Numbered from the stretch's first letter, positions 50,981-62,279 are shown. The stretch is 64,000 nt of DNA from Paraphysomonas bandaiensis (GCA_965644295.1 CBFFRP010000263.1:372001-436000); one strand, 5' to 3'. Made by a program: numbers and translations. Notes: generated from the sequence alone by a model not told the origin.

Positions 50981-50992
50981 AATTTTCTATCA
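50978..50992 (-). promoter_or_regulatory. Non-tRNA primer-binding site TGATAGAAAATTATG, complementary to LTR segment 51147-51161
   Basis: Abuts the 5' LTR, lacks TGG, pairs 14/15 with sense-strand LTR sequence CATAATTTCCTATCA, and includes the gag ATG. Confidence 0.75.
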
Positions 50993-51348
50993 CGTAGAGA
51001 AATACGTACTTGGATCGAAAATACAACACTGATACTACAGATCAATCAAACACTCACGGATCCAGTTCGCCCGTTGTCCTCCGTTCAAACTACACTACAG
51101 GTAGGCAAAAGACAAGTCTCTTTGCAAATACTACAGAAATCGTTAGTGATAGGAAATTATGGTGTCTCCCTACAACACAATAATACTACAGCTGATCATG
51201 TTCTACTGTACACTCTCACTCGTATCCTACAGAGTCACACATGTACAATGACTGAAAACATAATCACTGTAACAAAAACGAATGTGCACGTTGACTTTCA
51301 TTTCCATCACTCGAAGACTTCTATACCGAATCATCATTTAGCTCTACG
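50993..51348 (-). repeat. 5' LTR (356 bp)
   Basis: Perfect 7-bp terminal inverted repeat CGTAGAG...CTCTACG. Confidence 0.96.
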
Positions 51349-51469
51349 TACACTATATACTGTACTATAAAACAGAGATTTCTCGAAAACATTCCGTCCA
51401 TTTCCAGGATTCAAGTTTTTAGAAAAAGTTTGAGGTTTTTTAGAAAAAGTTCGAGTTTGTGACAGTTAT

Positions 51470-51793
51470 GATGAGGAGCCTGATCAAATTCCGGAGTATC
51501 TACATGCGGTAGGACCACAAGTTAAATGGGACAAGAAGTATGGGTGTCTGCAAAGATATTGACTGGAACGTGTAAAAGAGATAACTGCAAGTATTTGCAT
51601 CACGGTCCAGAACTGGTCAATCTTTAGTCTCATTTCATTGATCGCTTTAACCACTTCTCGTGATGCAAATACTTGCAGTTATCTCTTTTACACGTTCCAG
51701 TCAATATCTTTGCAGACACCCATACTTCTTGTCCCATTTAACTTGTGGTCCTACCGCATGTAGATGCTCCGGAATTTGATCAGACTCCTCATC
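51470..51793. repeat. Inverted duplication: 135-bp arms (51470-51604, 51659-51793), 54-bp spacer
   Basis: Arms are reverse complements with two mismatches seen. Confidence 0.93.
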
Positions 51794-52140
51794 TGACTCA
51801 TTTAAATCGATTCTCAGTGAAGCATCCGGTTTCAAATCAGCAGATATGGTAACTGTAGGCGCAGCTGGTTCTGGTAAAGAATTCCTCCAATCGTCTTCAT
51901 CCATCGCTGTTTCCTCTGATACCGGTTGCTCTGAATCACTTTCTGAAAGTTCATATGCTCCTCCATCAATAGCATTCAAGGGTTTTACAACACGAGGCTT
52001 CGAAAAGGTCTCCTTCTCATTCTCTTTCTTTTCTCGGTATGTTCTCAATCTCTCCGTGTGTTCTGTCAAACATTTGTATGTAATCTCTCGGACAGCAACG
52101 CTCAATTTATATTCATCATAAATAATCTCCGAAAACTGAG
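51605..52140 (-). pseudogene. Frameshifted remnant with CCCH zinc finger, probably retrotransposon gag
   Basis: ORF 51701-52105 (basic then acidic linker, LNAI and LHAV motifs) runs into GCL/(frameshift)KILTGTCKRDNCKYLH; no promoter block or intact start. Confidence 0.5.
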
Positions 52141-53369
52141 TAGTTCAACTGCATATGACGATATGAGGATATATGGAGTGTTGTGATGCATGTTATTCTA
52201 TACCTGCATATCTGTTAGTATCGTCTATAAGTAACCTTCTATTTCAGAGGTAGTAGTATAGTAAAAGTCTTATTATTAAAAAACATGACTTCATTACTAA
52301 CTTAACAACTCACATGACACTCACTAAACATAGCATGACCATCATCTAATTACTATTGCATGTACTGACAAGTGTTGAACCATACAACACGATATAGTTA
52401 GCTGCACTGGTGTAGAACGAGTGGTTAGTGGTTAGTTTAAGTTGGATTGTCCCTTCTTGGCCATAGGAGGATCAGGTGCTAGAGCTACGAGGATTGATAA
52501 GTTCAATAATATTGTGATGCATGTGAATCATGTTGTCCTTTGCCCCAGACCCCAGACATAGGCAATTTCTCGAATCCGGTTTGGTAGGGAGGTAATTCTA
52601 GAGGATGTTGTATGTTTTGGGGAGAGAATCTTGTGGGGGTTGTGTCCTACTTTGCGACCACTATAGGAGATAACAGTTTGTCGGGTTCGTAGGCGCAGTC
52701 CCGTCGATGGGTGTATTGTATGATATCTCATTCGTTCCCCAACATCGGTTCGAGATCAGTTTGGAGATGCTTGTCGAAACGCCTCCAGAACTAGAGAACA
52801 GTAGTATATTTTCCGTCCACGACATGAGTGGCGCCGCCTGCCAACGTTCTTGCGACTGATCAGCTTCTTCAAGCCTTGTTGGCGAGTCATTCGTAGTTCG
52901 TAGAATATCTTTATCTTTTGGTGCCAGCCGCTAAATCTATGGGCTTGTCCTTCCGTACATAACAAATTATGACGCTTTCTATGGTTGTACTAGGGTGCTC
53001 GCACTGACGAACAACTAGATCAGGAATAACACTGAGGGGTTTCCTGATCAGATCTAGTATTTTCGTTGACTATAACTCCCAAGTTTCAAGTAACGTACTA
53101 CATATGGTTATCTTATATTGAAGTATGTTTACAAAGTTAACATAATCATTACAAAGTAATCGTTTCAAGCAACAGATCAATAAATATATTATTTTTATCG
53201 ACAACATCGCTTCTTTTCTCTGTCACTTTTTGTGTGTAAACATATAATCACATAAAAAATGTGCAAACAGCTAACTTTACTCGAATTGGAAAATCACTTC
53301 GAATTCTCAGATGCCATATTAGCAATCATACTATCACACCATGCAAGGTTTTGGTATTTCACTAATCAA

Positions 53370-55227
53370 CTATGGAGCACCTGGATCAGTTCTCCACGTA
53401 CTTTCAAATAACGAACACGAATAGTTGGGGTCAATATATACTGGAGCCGAACGAATAGCAGTATGATCTCCTATGGGAGGATACTCCATGTAGGACGTAC
53501 TATCGAAATACTTGTCATCAGGGTCACCAGCAAAGTAATCAGCCCCATCAATAGGATTCAAAGTGATTGGACACCCTGCATTACGAATGAACACGAAACA
53601 ATACACAATATACATAAAAGTGACTGACCATAGGTTTCACTCTTTCTCACTGCTTCTTTACGAGCTGTTGTGTACGTTGCTATCCTGTTAGACATTTCCC
53701 GCTCATAAGACAACCTTGCCTCCTCTTTCGCTTGCAGGTGGGCACTATACCGCTTCGAAAATTTGATACGATCACTTATTTCTTGAGGCAATTCAAACTA
53801 AAATAGAATTACGATGATTAGACACAATCAGAAGGCACTTACTTTGGAGGATGTGAATGATGACAGGCTGTGATCCTTTTTCATACCCCGATTCAAAGAT
53901 TCCAGTCGCAACTTCTTTTCTTCCTCATTGGTCATCTTTGCGGCTGCCGTAGAGCGCTGCATAGCCGCCTTTTGTTCTGCAGCAGACTGGCACCGCATCT
54001 CATACTCCGTCTGTCTCCAGTGATTGATATTCCTTTCGGTAATTTTGTTTTCAGCTACTCTGCGATGTATGTTGGATTCAATCGCGTCGTATAGAGCCTG
54101 GTCACCACTCAGCAAAGCATTGTTGACTCCCGTCCTGCATATTTAGGTGAAACTACGATGCCAGGAGTAGTTCTTCATTGCATACCCACCTTTCCTGAGC
54201 TATGACTACAGTCTTCAGGTTGCGTAACATTTCCTTCCTAGCTTTGGCATCATCGATGCGCTTATTCTTCGCTTTGCGCTTAGCAGCCATTTCTCTCCAT
54301 TTTACTGCTCGCATCTCACTCTTGTTGACGATACCGGCAATCTTTGTTTTCTGAAGATCGGCCATAAATCGCGGTTGTCTGTCCAGAATATTCAATTCTG
54401 ACAAATCCTCTGTGTAAATATATATCATAAATGCGACAGTATATATAGGTCAGTAGGCTTTCATGTAACTTACTTGTCTTCGTGTCATGCTTAATTTGAC
54501 GATACTTTTCCTTGAGCACATCACAGAGTGCATCTTTCTTCACTGATGGTATTGTCACTTTAGATACACTGGCCTCCTCCGTTGGTACGGTATTGGTGTC
54601 GCAGTCGCTTATGCTGGTTGTTCGGTGTCTTCGCATAAGCACATCATATGATGCAAATGCCTTGCCGCTAGCGTGGAAAGAATTTTTGGTGGGAGATGGA
54701 ATAACAGTGTTCAAGGTCTTCGCGGTTTTGCTTCTAGGGGAAAATATTAGGCAACAAATATCTCGAAACTCAGCCCATGATAAAGATTCCTGCGGTTGAA
54801 GTCCCAATGATTCTACCACACGAGTAACCTCATCTTCAGATATCTGAGGAGATAAAGATTTTATTGCAGGCAGAAGGGATGATATCTGCAGTGCCATTGC
54901 TTTTAGTCGACTGGAATTGTTCGGTAAACTCCCAAACTTGCGAAACGTTTCCCAAAATCTCACAACCAAAAAACTCGATGGACCACTCTCACCTCGTTTG
55001 ACATCATTTGAATCATGAAATGATTCCAATGATCGAGATGCATTAAGTGAATTCATATTCAGAGCATTTCTGAGTGTTTTATCAACAGCATGTGCAGTTG
55101 ATAGTTGAGATATTGCTGTATCACCAAAGTTACGTACATCAACTGAACTTAAGTCTAATGAAGACACAGATGGATTAAAATCACTCTGTAACCATGTATT
55201 TTTGGTAAGTGTTTTAGATTTTGCCAT
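53370..55227 (-). CDS. Hypothetical multi-exon protein (EF-hand-like segment plus coiled coil)
   Basis: Five collinear minus ORFs with GT-AG junctions; start MAKSK at 55227; SEDEV..LSWAEF resembles a degenerate EF-hand pair. Confidence 0.72.
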
Positions 55228-55628
55228 GATATAAATAATAAAATATGAATGAAAGGGGTTTAATTCATTGTCAGCATGTGTCTGTATAGATAACACTCAG
55301 TAATGTTGATTACAATATATTTTATAGAAGGATTAATCATTAAAAAGATGTATGAGTTAATTTCCAGTGAGATGATGGATGTATGTATATCTCAATATAG
55401 AAACATGGACATATGATGAAACGACACCTCACTATACACTACAGTATACACTATACACACTATACAGCGGTACAGTGTATGGAGAATATCACACATTTAG
55501 AGGTTCAGGTTTCTGTAAAAAAGGGGTTTGTTTAGTCATTTGAGATATTGACATATAAAAAGTCAACTATATACAAAAAAAAGGGGTGACTGTGACCTGG
55601 AAGTACTGATAGACTATATAGAGGAAAC

Positions 55629-55638
55629 AAAAAAAAAA
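55629..55638 (-). terminator. Pol III oligo-T terminator
   Basis: T10 run on the minus strand 13 nt downstream of the tRNA. Confidence 0.8.
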
Positions 55639-55651
55639 GAAACTCGTGTTC

Positions 55652-55674
55652 TAGCGAGTGATAGTTTCGATCTA

Positions 55675-55716
<42 letters not shown>

Positions 55717-55723
55717 ACTCGCT
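55652..55723 (-). tRNA. tRNA-iMet: Initiator tRNA-Met (CAT)
   Basis: Reverse complement AGCGAGTTGGCGCAGAGGAAGCGTGTTGGGCCCATAACCCAAAGGTCGGTAGATCGAAACTATCACTCGCTA folds as a cloverleaf; A1:U72 pair, GGG/CCC anticodon stem and ATCGAAA T-loop are initiator hallmarks. Confidence 0.97.
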
Positions 55724-55908
55724 ACAATTCGATGATGTGATCGTCGAAATATAGAATATATATATATAATAATAATATTTTTGATGCTACAAATATATAT
55801 ATATATATCGGTATATAGAAGATACAGAGGACTGCTGTCTCCTTAAGTTCATATATATATACACATACATACATACATCACCATGTTTCATATTAATATA
55901 AAGTTAAT

Positions 55909-57056
55909 ATGATTTCATTAATAATTATATTCTTTCTATATTTCAATGATAGGATTCATCAGGCTACTTGTCATTCCAATGTATAACTCTCTCTCTCATA
56001 TATATATATATATTAATATCTATCTATATACAGGTACATGATGAAGAATATTCTCGGAATATTCCATCTTCTCTCCGATTATTAGATAATATAAATCAAT
56101 TTAATCAAGAATCATATGATCATATCATTACAGCTCATATTACAATGTCACATAATCATCCTCAGGGTATGCATGTGACTGTTACTATTAATGGGACAGT
56201 ATCTATGCAATCATCAACAACAAATTGCACACCACCATCTAAATGTGGTATATATAAAGACTGTCTAGCTAATGTATTATTAGTCTTTTCTCTCCCTAGA
56301 GGTGTATATGTTGACCCATTTGAACTACAGGTTTGTTTGGTCACTTTTTCTTTGCATGTTTATCATTATTTATTGCAGTCGCGACATGACTTCCTGTGGA
56401 GCGATGTAGTTGCACACCTCAGCGGAGAATACGTTGTGGGTTTTAGCCCTGAGGCCTATGCAGAGCGATCTGAGGGCTTCTGGATTGGTCTAGAGGCTCT
56501 CCGTCTGCCAGTGAGGAATGGAATTATATCCTTTGTGTTACAATTACCGATACATATGCGATACCGCCTAACTGATGACTGGGGAGTTTATAGCAATGCA
56601 CGGAGTACTCAAGAAACCACTGATCATAGTAAGCCGCAAGAAGAAGGGCGTTTATTACCCGATTCCCTTATTGATGATCACGTGGAGGGACGGGTTGTAT
56701 CAGTGATTCCTCCTCCGGTTGTTTTTGTCGGGAAGAGCGATAGTTGGTCACCTGGTGTGTGGGTGGCCACATCCGATGGGGATATGCCGATGGACGATGG
56801 TGAAGCCAGCACACACAATAGAATGCGGAGTGCTCATAGAGAAGCTGAGTATAAGAAAGCAGAACTTTTGAATGAGGGTTGTGATCGATTTTCTGAAAAT
56901 TGCGAAGCTTTTCTTAAACTCTACATGCCGATTCCTATTCTGGGCTGGGGAAGTAGTATTGTTATACTGTTAACTGTTATAGTTTTGTTATCGACGACCT
57001 TATTTCTCTCATATTTATTAGTAAGCCCATCAAAGCCGAGAGTACATTCACAATAG
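55909..57056 (+). CDS. PIGX: GPI mannosyltransferase I subunit PIG-X/PBN1-like
   Basis: LPRGVYVDPFELQ and LPIHMRY motifs, PPP segment, single C-terminal TM; signal-like first exon MISLIIIFFL splices in frame. Confidence 0.8.
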
Positions 57057-57589
57057 TCTGTGCATTCTGTATTAGTTTTTATGAATGTCTAGCAGCTTGC
57101 TATATTTTAACCATGTCTCAATGTAGTGTGAAGTGTAGATAGAGGTTCAGCATGAACAACGATATATAATAAATTTTTGCGATTAAAGCTTGCTTAAAAT
57201 ATTCGAAGCTACTGACTTCAACCGCAACACTTAGCCCCGAAGTGAAATTGTGTACGATGTTATTGGAGTTTATGTGCACAAGGATCTTCAGGCCAACTAA
57301 TACTATGTTGTCTACAGAGTATACTCCATTCAAGATTACTGATTGCGTGGAAGCCGTACTTGTTCAGTCTTAAGAGGGTTTTATGAGCTGAATTCAAGTT
57401 TAAGCTTTGTGAAATTACGATTGTAAAAACAGAAATCCTCGATGTTTACTATGTGATAGCCAAAGGAATTGTTTTAGGTTGATAAGGCTGTATGTAGCCA
57501 AGTACGGGTCAGTTCTTTCAATTCCCGACATTCTATTCCTACTGATACCATACCGTTGTCAAAGAGTGTGAGTAAAAAAGATACTTACA

Positions 57590-57770
57590 GTAGTGAATGT
57601 CTGATTATTTAGCAATAGGCGTTGAGACCTTGCATCAATTAGTGGCTAGAAGAATGCTAGTCATACTAGTTAGACCACTACCCGTAACTAATCAATACAA
57701 ACTCTTTTATCCTACTATTTAACGCTACGAAAGCTGCTTGTGCGTCGCCGCAAGCACCAAGGTGCAACCA
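57590..57770. repeat. Dispersed hairpin-forming repeat, copy 2 (core 57721-57770)
   Basis: Matches 16600-16649 with three substitutions. Confidence 0.8.
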
Positions 57771-57778
57771 CTTCCGTT

Positions 57779-59122
57779 CTTTTTGTGTGATATGAAATTC
57801 GCCTTTATCGTGTGTCCGTGGACTCACCGGCGCTTTTGATCTGGGGGTCTCCCTTTGGGATGGGTCTCCATTGGTTTTGGAGGGGGCTCAGCATTCTGAA
57901 TTAGGGTCCTGAGTGCACCTAGGTCCGATTTGCTGGGTCCGTCACCGCTGTTATCGGAGGAGAATTCCTTCCCCTGAAGGGCGTGGGAGGGATGGTTGAT
58001 GGACCTGGCACGGTGGACTCCTTGCATTCCCTTGGAATGACATTGCAACACATTTTGGAGACGCATGATGACAAGGTCAGGAATTCTCTCGAGTAGCGCG
58101 TGTAGTTCCAACTCCACCGGGTATTTGGTGTCCAGGAAGAAGTGATCGTTGGAGCAAAACACATCATAAGATGGAAGGAATTGAGTTTGTGGAAGGAAGG
58201 AGGAATGGTGGGTGGACCAGTACGCCCAGTAAGGGAGAGGCGATAGTTTGTCCGGGGGTTTTCTAGGAGGAGGTAGAGTGTACTGTGTGTGTGTATGACA
58301 CTGCAGTGGTGTTATGAGTGTGTTGGACAGAGAGAGAGAGCTGGTGATGTGTCCAACAGTACCGGTATACAGGTACATGGACATGGTGATGTGTCCAACA
58401 GTACAGGTATACAGGTACATGGACATGGTGATGTGTCCAACAGCAGTAGAGGTATACACGGAATGGTATACATCCTGTAGGACACAGTAGTACAGTAGTC
58501 GAGTAAACCGTATGCGGAATACAGTGTCTATCCAATGAGATGGATGGGCTGTGGGGGTGATAGGTGAACAGGGTGAGGGGGTAGCCTGCTGGGTGGATGG
58601 ACCACAGACAAACCATGTTGGGTTGGGCTGAGTGGGCGGCAGAAGGCAGCCCTGTTGCACAGTTGAGAGGGATCGAGAGTATTCAGTGATTGCATAGGGG
58701 GTCCATGGGGGTCGTTTTCGTGAGCCTGCTCGCACGAGCCATGTTCTGAGAGGTTGTAGCCGTAGAAAGCGATGGGTGAGACGAAGTTGTCTGCTGAGGG
58801 GATAGCACGTAGGTGCGGTCAGCGCTGCATTGGTGCAGGCACGTGGTTTAACTGAAGTAGTTGAGTAGGGTGAAGGTTGCAAGGCCAGGCAGGGGGGCTT
58901 GGAGCGTGTACAACATGGTGTGACAGGTAATTTGTCGGAAGCGTGGTGGTCAACAAAATGCAGCAGTAAGGGAGTGTAAAAGGCCCTGGGCACACTGATG
59001 TGACTCAGCCACAGTCTCAATAGAGACATTGGGCTTGGAGCTGGTTAATAGAGTGAAACTTTATGTTGGACTGTATTTGCCATCGTAGGGCAGAGAATTT
59101 GGAGATACTTACAAAAAAAGGA
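57779..59122. mobile_element. GC-rich 1.35-kb insertion of unknown class
   Basis: Sharp GC rise, flanked by 9-bp direct repeat ACTTCCGTT (57770-57778, 59123-59131); Pro/Thr-rich minus ORF with RKPPD and GRPPD; no catalytic domain recognised. Confidence 0.45.
58342..58443. repeat. 42-bp tandem repeat, about 2.5 copies
   Basis: Unit TGGTGATGTGTCCAACAGTAC(C/A)GGTATACAGGTACATGGACA. Confidence 0.92.
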
Positions 59123-59762
59123 ACTTCCGTTACTCACTTGTCCGAGGCATATTTTTTGCCTTGAAAAGCAGCTGAAATTAGGTCAATAGGTATATGCATT
59201 CTTTCACTTCTTGGTCTCCTACCACATATTCAGAAAAAAATAATATTGGCTCAGTGTACACAGTCAGAAAATGTATTTGTCTAAGCGTATAGATATTCCG
59301 TACAATCTTAACAAAGTCCCTGATTTTGCCACAGAAGAATAATAAACTTTGACGAACAACGTTTGTTATTTTAACACAATACTATTCTAGCATTGCTTAA
59401 AAGTATTTTATCTCAAACTATTCAAAAAGCTGGAGTTTGTATTATTGTCTACTATATACTAGTTGTTCCGAATATTTTGACCGGGTATTAGATCAATCGC
59501 ATCACGACTCACATCGATAGCCACTGCTGCTGTATTTTAGACAATTTGGTTAGTTATTAAGTATAAGCAATACCTGTTCAACTAAACTACCAATAGAGAT
59601 GTAAGCTGTATTGACAGATCTGCTTCGTTTATTGTCAACTTTCTTTTGTTATGTATGCGTGTGGTACTTATATATTGTGTAATGACTTTTTAGTTAGTAG
59701 TAGACGTGTCAGCATTGTGATACTAAACTTTCTAAAATATCAAATGTACACTGGTAGGCTGT

Positions 59763-59823
59763 TATTCTACTCTTGCGCTACGAAAGCTACTTGTGTGTCG
59801 CCGCAAGCACCAAGGTGCAATCA
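59763..59823. repeat. Dispersed hairpin-forming repeat, copy 3
   Basis: CGCTACGAAAGCTACTTGTGTGTCGCCGCAAGCACCAAGGTGCAATCA matches copies 1 and 2. Confidence 0.8.
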
Positions 59824-59984
59824 TTTTTGCGTATATATACGACATATATTATATTAGATATTTTAATTTGCTAGCTATTTATTGTGAAACTCCATAATCT
59901 GGCTGTAGAGCAATATAATATTTAATAGCATTGTTGTTAGCTAGCTTACCATTAATAGTATTGCTAAACTTTTCTACCCGGTCC

Positions 59985-62279
59985 TGTCAAGGTTTGACAT
60001 TATATGAGAAGTATTAACTTAACAACAGAAGGTAACTTATACTCAAAGCTGAGAATTATAAATTATAATCAATGTCTCTTATCATTCATCAATATCATGT
60101 TGTCTCCACTACCACTCATTTCTCGTACGACGATCTTACATCGTCACTACAACTTGCATCGTCACAATATTCCGTTTTACCGCTATGTGCTTATCGTCAT
60201 TCATTCTCACAATACGATTAACAAGACTACAACTGTATAATACAGTAATTTAAATACCTTATAACTACAGCTTTCAATTGCTCTCATATAGCAGAACTCA
60301 ACACTCCCTCTCAATTCAAAGCTGTAGATAGACTCTTCACATCACAAGACATAACTGACGGATACGCAACCACCGAAACCAAACAGGACAAACAGGTGGA
60401 CGTATGACTCCGACATTTCAGCTAGTCTCACAGCACAGTCAACTGATCACTTACGTCGTTTGAACGTCTTTTCTCTAATAACCTCAACAGATGATTTTCG
60501 ATCCTCTCCTAGGCATCTCTTCCTGTGTTTCTCGAAAGTTACACCACACAACGATTTCGTGAATATGTCTGCTGTCTGATCATCTGTTCCAACGTGGTAC
60601 AATATGGCAGTGTTAAAGAGGCCATCTGGATCTACGTGTTCCCTAACCCAATGGTATTTGATCTCGATGTGTTTTGAACGCTTATGGAACACCGGATTCA
60701 ATGCTAAGTCACGAGCACTCTGGCTATCCAAGAAAAATGGTGTGGGTTCGCGTAGACGGAGTCCTAATTCGTCCAACACCCCCCGAAGCCATACCAGTTC
60801 TTGCATGCCAGCATACATAGCCTGATACTCACTTTGCATTGATGACGTTGAAACGGTAGCCTGTAAAATGGACTGCCAGATAAGTGGTCCACCGGCGGCA
60901 AATACTATGTATCCAGTCGTAGATCGGCGTGACACCACATCGCCAGCCCAGTCTGCATCAGTAAAGATGTGCATGTCGAAGTGCTTACTACTGAACCGAA
61001 TACCCTTTCGAACTGTACCCCTAACGTACTGCAATAGGTACGTCATTAAATAACATGTAGCCCGGGTAGGCTTAGATGCATATCTAGATAACAAACCAAC
61101 TGCATATGCAATATCAGGGCGAGTATTCATAGATAGATATAACATGGCACCCAGTAGGCTGCGATAAGGATAATTATCTACTCCCTCTTTCTCCTCAGGT
61201 GTGAGATCGCTGTCTGCTTGATTAATTCTGTCCATTGCATCGAGGGGTAGCGGCGACTTTCGGATTTTTGATGAGGGACCGAGGAAATCAGCGAATTTGA
61301 GAAGAATTTTCTCCGCATATGTCTGCTGATCCAGCTGAATGAAATCCTGTCCTCGCGTGACACGAACATTCAGGAAATGTTCAACGGCTCCCATATCCGT
61401 CATGTCGAATCGTTCGCAGAATCTAGCTTTTATTTCTGTAATAATATTAAGGTCAGCACATGCGATGACGATGTCATCCACATATATGGTGAGATACACT
61501 TTATGACCTTTATATACAGCATGATACAAGCAAGGTTCTAACACACACGGTCGAAATCCCAAGGATTTGATGAACTTGTTTATGGTTTTCCACCATGATC
61601 GTGGTGAACTACGGAGTCCATATAGAGATTTCTTCAATTTAAAACAATGTCCAGGTGGAAGTTGAAAATCTGGAGTAGGATTCATGTAAACGTCGCCTTC
61701 AATATCGGCATAACAGAACGCACTGGAGACATCGAGTTGATGCACAAACATACTGAACACAAGAGCCAACGCCAGAATCAACCGAACAGATATACTCTTG
61801 ACTACAGGGGCAAATGTGTTGTCCACATCGACGCCAGATTGTTGACCGTACCCAAGTGCTACAAGTCGTGCTTTATGCTTCTTGATGGAGCCATCCTTAT
61901 TGTACTTTCGCTTATATACGTAACGAGATTTAAGAGGTCGTGCATCAGGCGGAGTTTCTACTACTTCAAACACTTCACGCTGAAAAAGTGCATTCCGTTC
62001 TAATCTGCGCGCGAAAGTACAAAGCTGAGAATTATAAATTATAATCAATGTCTCTTATCATTCATCAATATCATGTTGTCTCCACTACCACTCATTTCTC
62101 GTACGACGATCTTACATCGTCACTACAACTTGCATCGTCACAATATTCCGTTTTACCGCTATGTGCTTATCGTCATTCATTCTCACAATACGATTAACAA
62201 GACTACAACTGTATAATACAGTAATTTAAATACCTTATAACTACAGCTTTCAATTGCTCTCATATAGCAGAACTCAACA
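59985..62279 (-). mobile_element. Internally deleted Ty1/copia element (TG...CA ends)
   Basis: TSD GGTCC at 59980-59984 and 62280-62284; 3' LTR 59985-60303 (319 bp) preceded by PPT TTGAGAGGGAG; 5' LTR 62020-62279 identical to 60044-60303 but missing its last 59 bp; no PBS, gag, PR or IN. Confidence 0.95.
60447..62048 (-). CDS. Intact copia RT-RNase H reading frame, open into the truncated 5' LTR
   Basis: KARLVA, QLDVSSAF, KSLYGL, YVDD, FTDADWAGD, SEY, LDSQSA, HKRSKH and ADIFTK motifs; no stops. Confidence 0.9.
   Translation of the reverse strand: MIIIYNSQLCTFARRLERNALFQREVFEVVETPPDARPLKSRYVYKRKYNKDGSIKKHKARLVALGYGQQSGVDVDNTFAPVVKSISVRLILALALVFSMFVHQLDVSSAFCYADIEGDVYMNPTPDFQLPPGHCFKLKKSLYGLRSSPRSWWKTINKFIKSLGFRPCVLEPCLYHAVYKGHKVYLTIYVDDIVIACADLNIITEIKARFCERFDMTDMGAVEHFLNVRVTRGQDFIQLDQQTYAEKILLKFADFLGPSSKIRKSPLPLDAMDRINQADSDLTPEEKEGVDNYPYRSLLGAMLYLSMNTRPDIAYAVGLLSRYASKPTRATCYLMTYLLQYVRGTVRKGIRFSSKHFDMHIFTDADWAGDVVSRRSTTGYIVFAAGGPLIWQSILQATVSTSSMQSEYQAMYAGMQELVWLRGVLDELGLRLREPTPFFLDSQSARDLALNPVFHKRSKHIEIKYHWVREHVDPDGLFNTAILYHVGTDDQTADIFTKSLCGVTFEKHRKRCLGEDRKSSVEVIREKTFKRRK

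Larger units (their letters stand above)
46251..51348 (-). mobile_element. Intact full-length Ty1/copia LTR retrotransposon (diatom CoDi-like lineage) with CG...CG termini
   Basis: Two 356-bp LTRs with one mismatch seen; 5-bp TSD TACAC at 46246-46250 and 51349-51353; single gag-pol ORF in gag-PR-IN-RT-RH order. Confidence 0.97.

Noticed and set aside
50987-50993. Priming by the local tRNA-iMet (CTATCAC in its T-arm/acceptor region)
   Set aside because: Only 7 nt of complementarity and not at a known primer 3' end, against 15/16 nt for the LTR self-match.
53018-53049. Hairpin GATCAGGAA/TTCCTGATC and decayed frames at 52500-53000
   Set aside because: A single 9-bp stem and stop-ridden frames; possibly TE debris but not assignable by eye.
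57824-59029. 401-aa ORF as a host gene
   Set aside because: Low-complexity GC-rich frame crossing a tandem repeat, with no domain and no promoter block; treated as element-internal.
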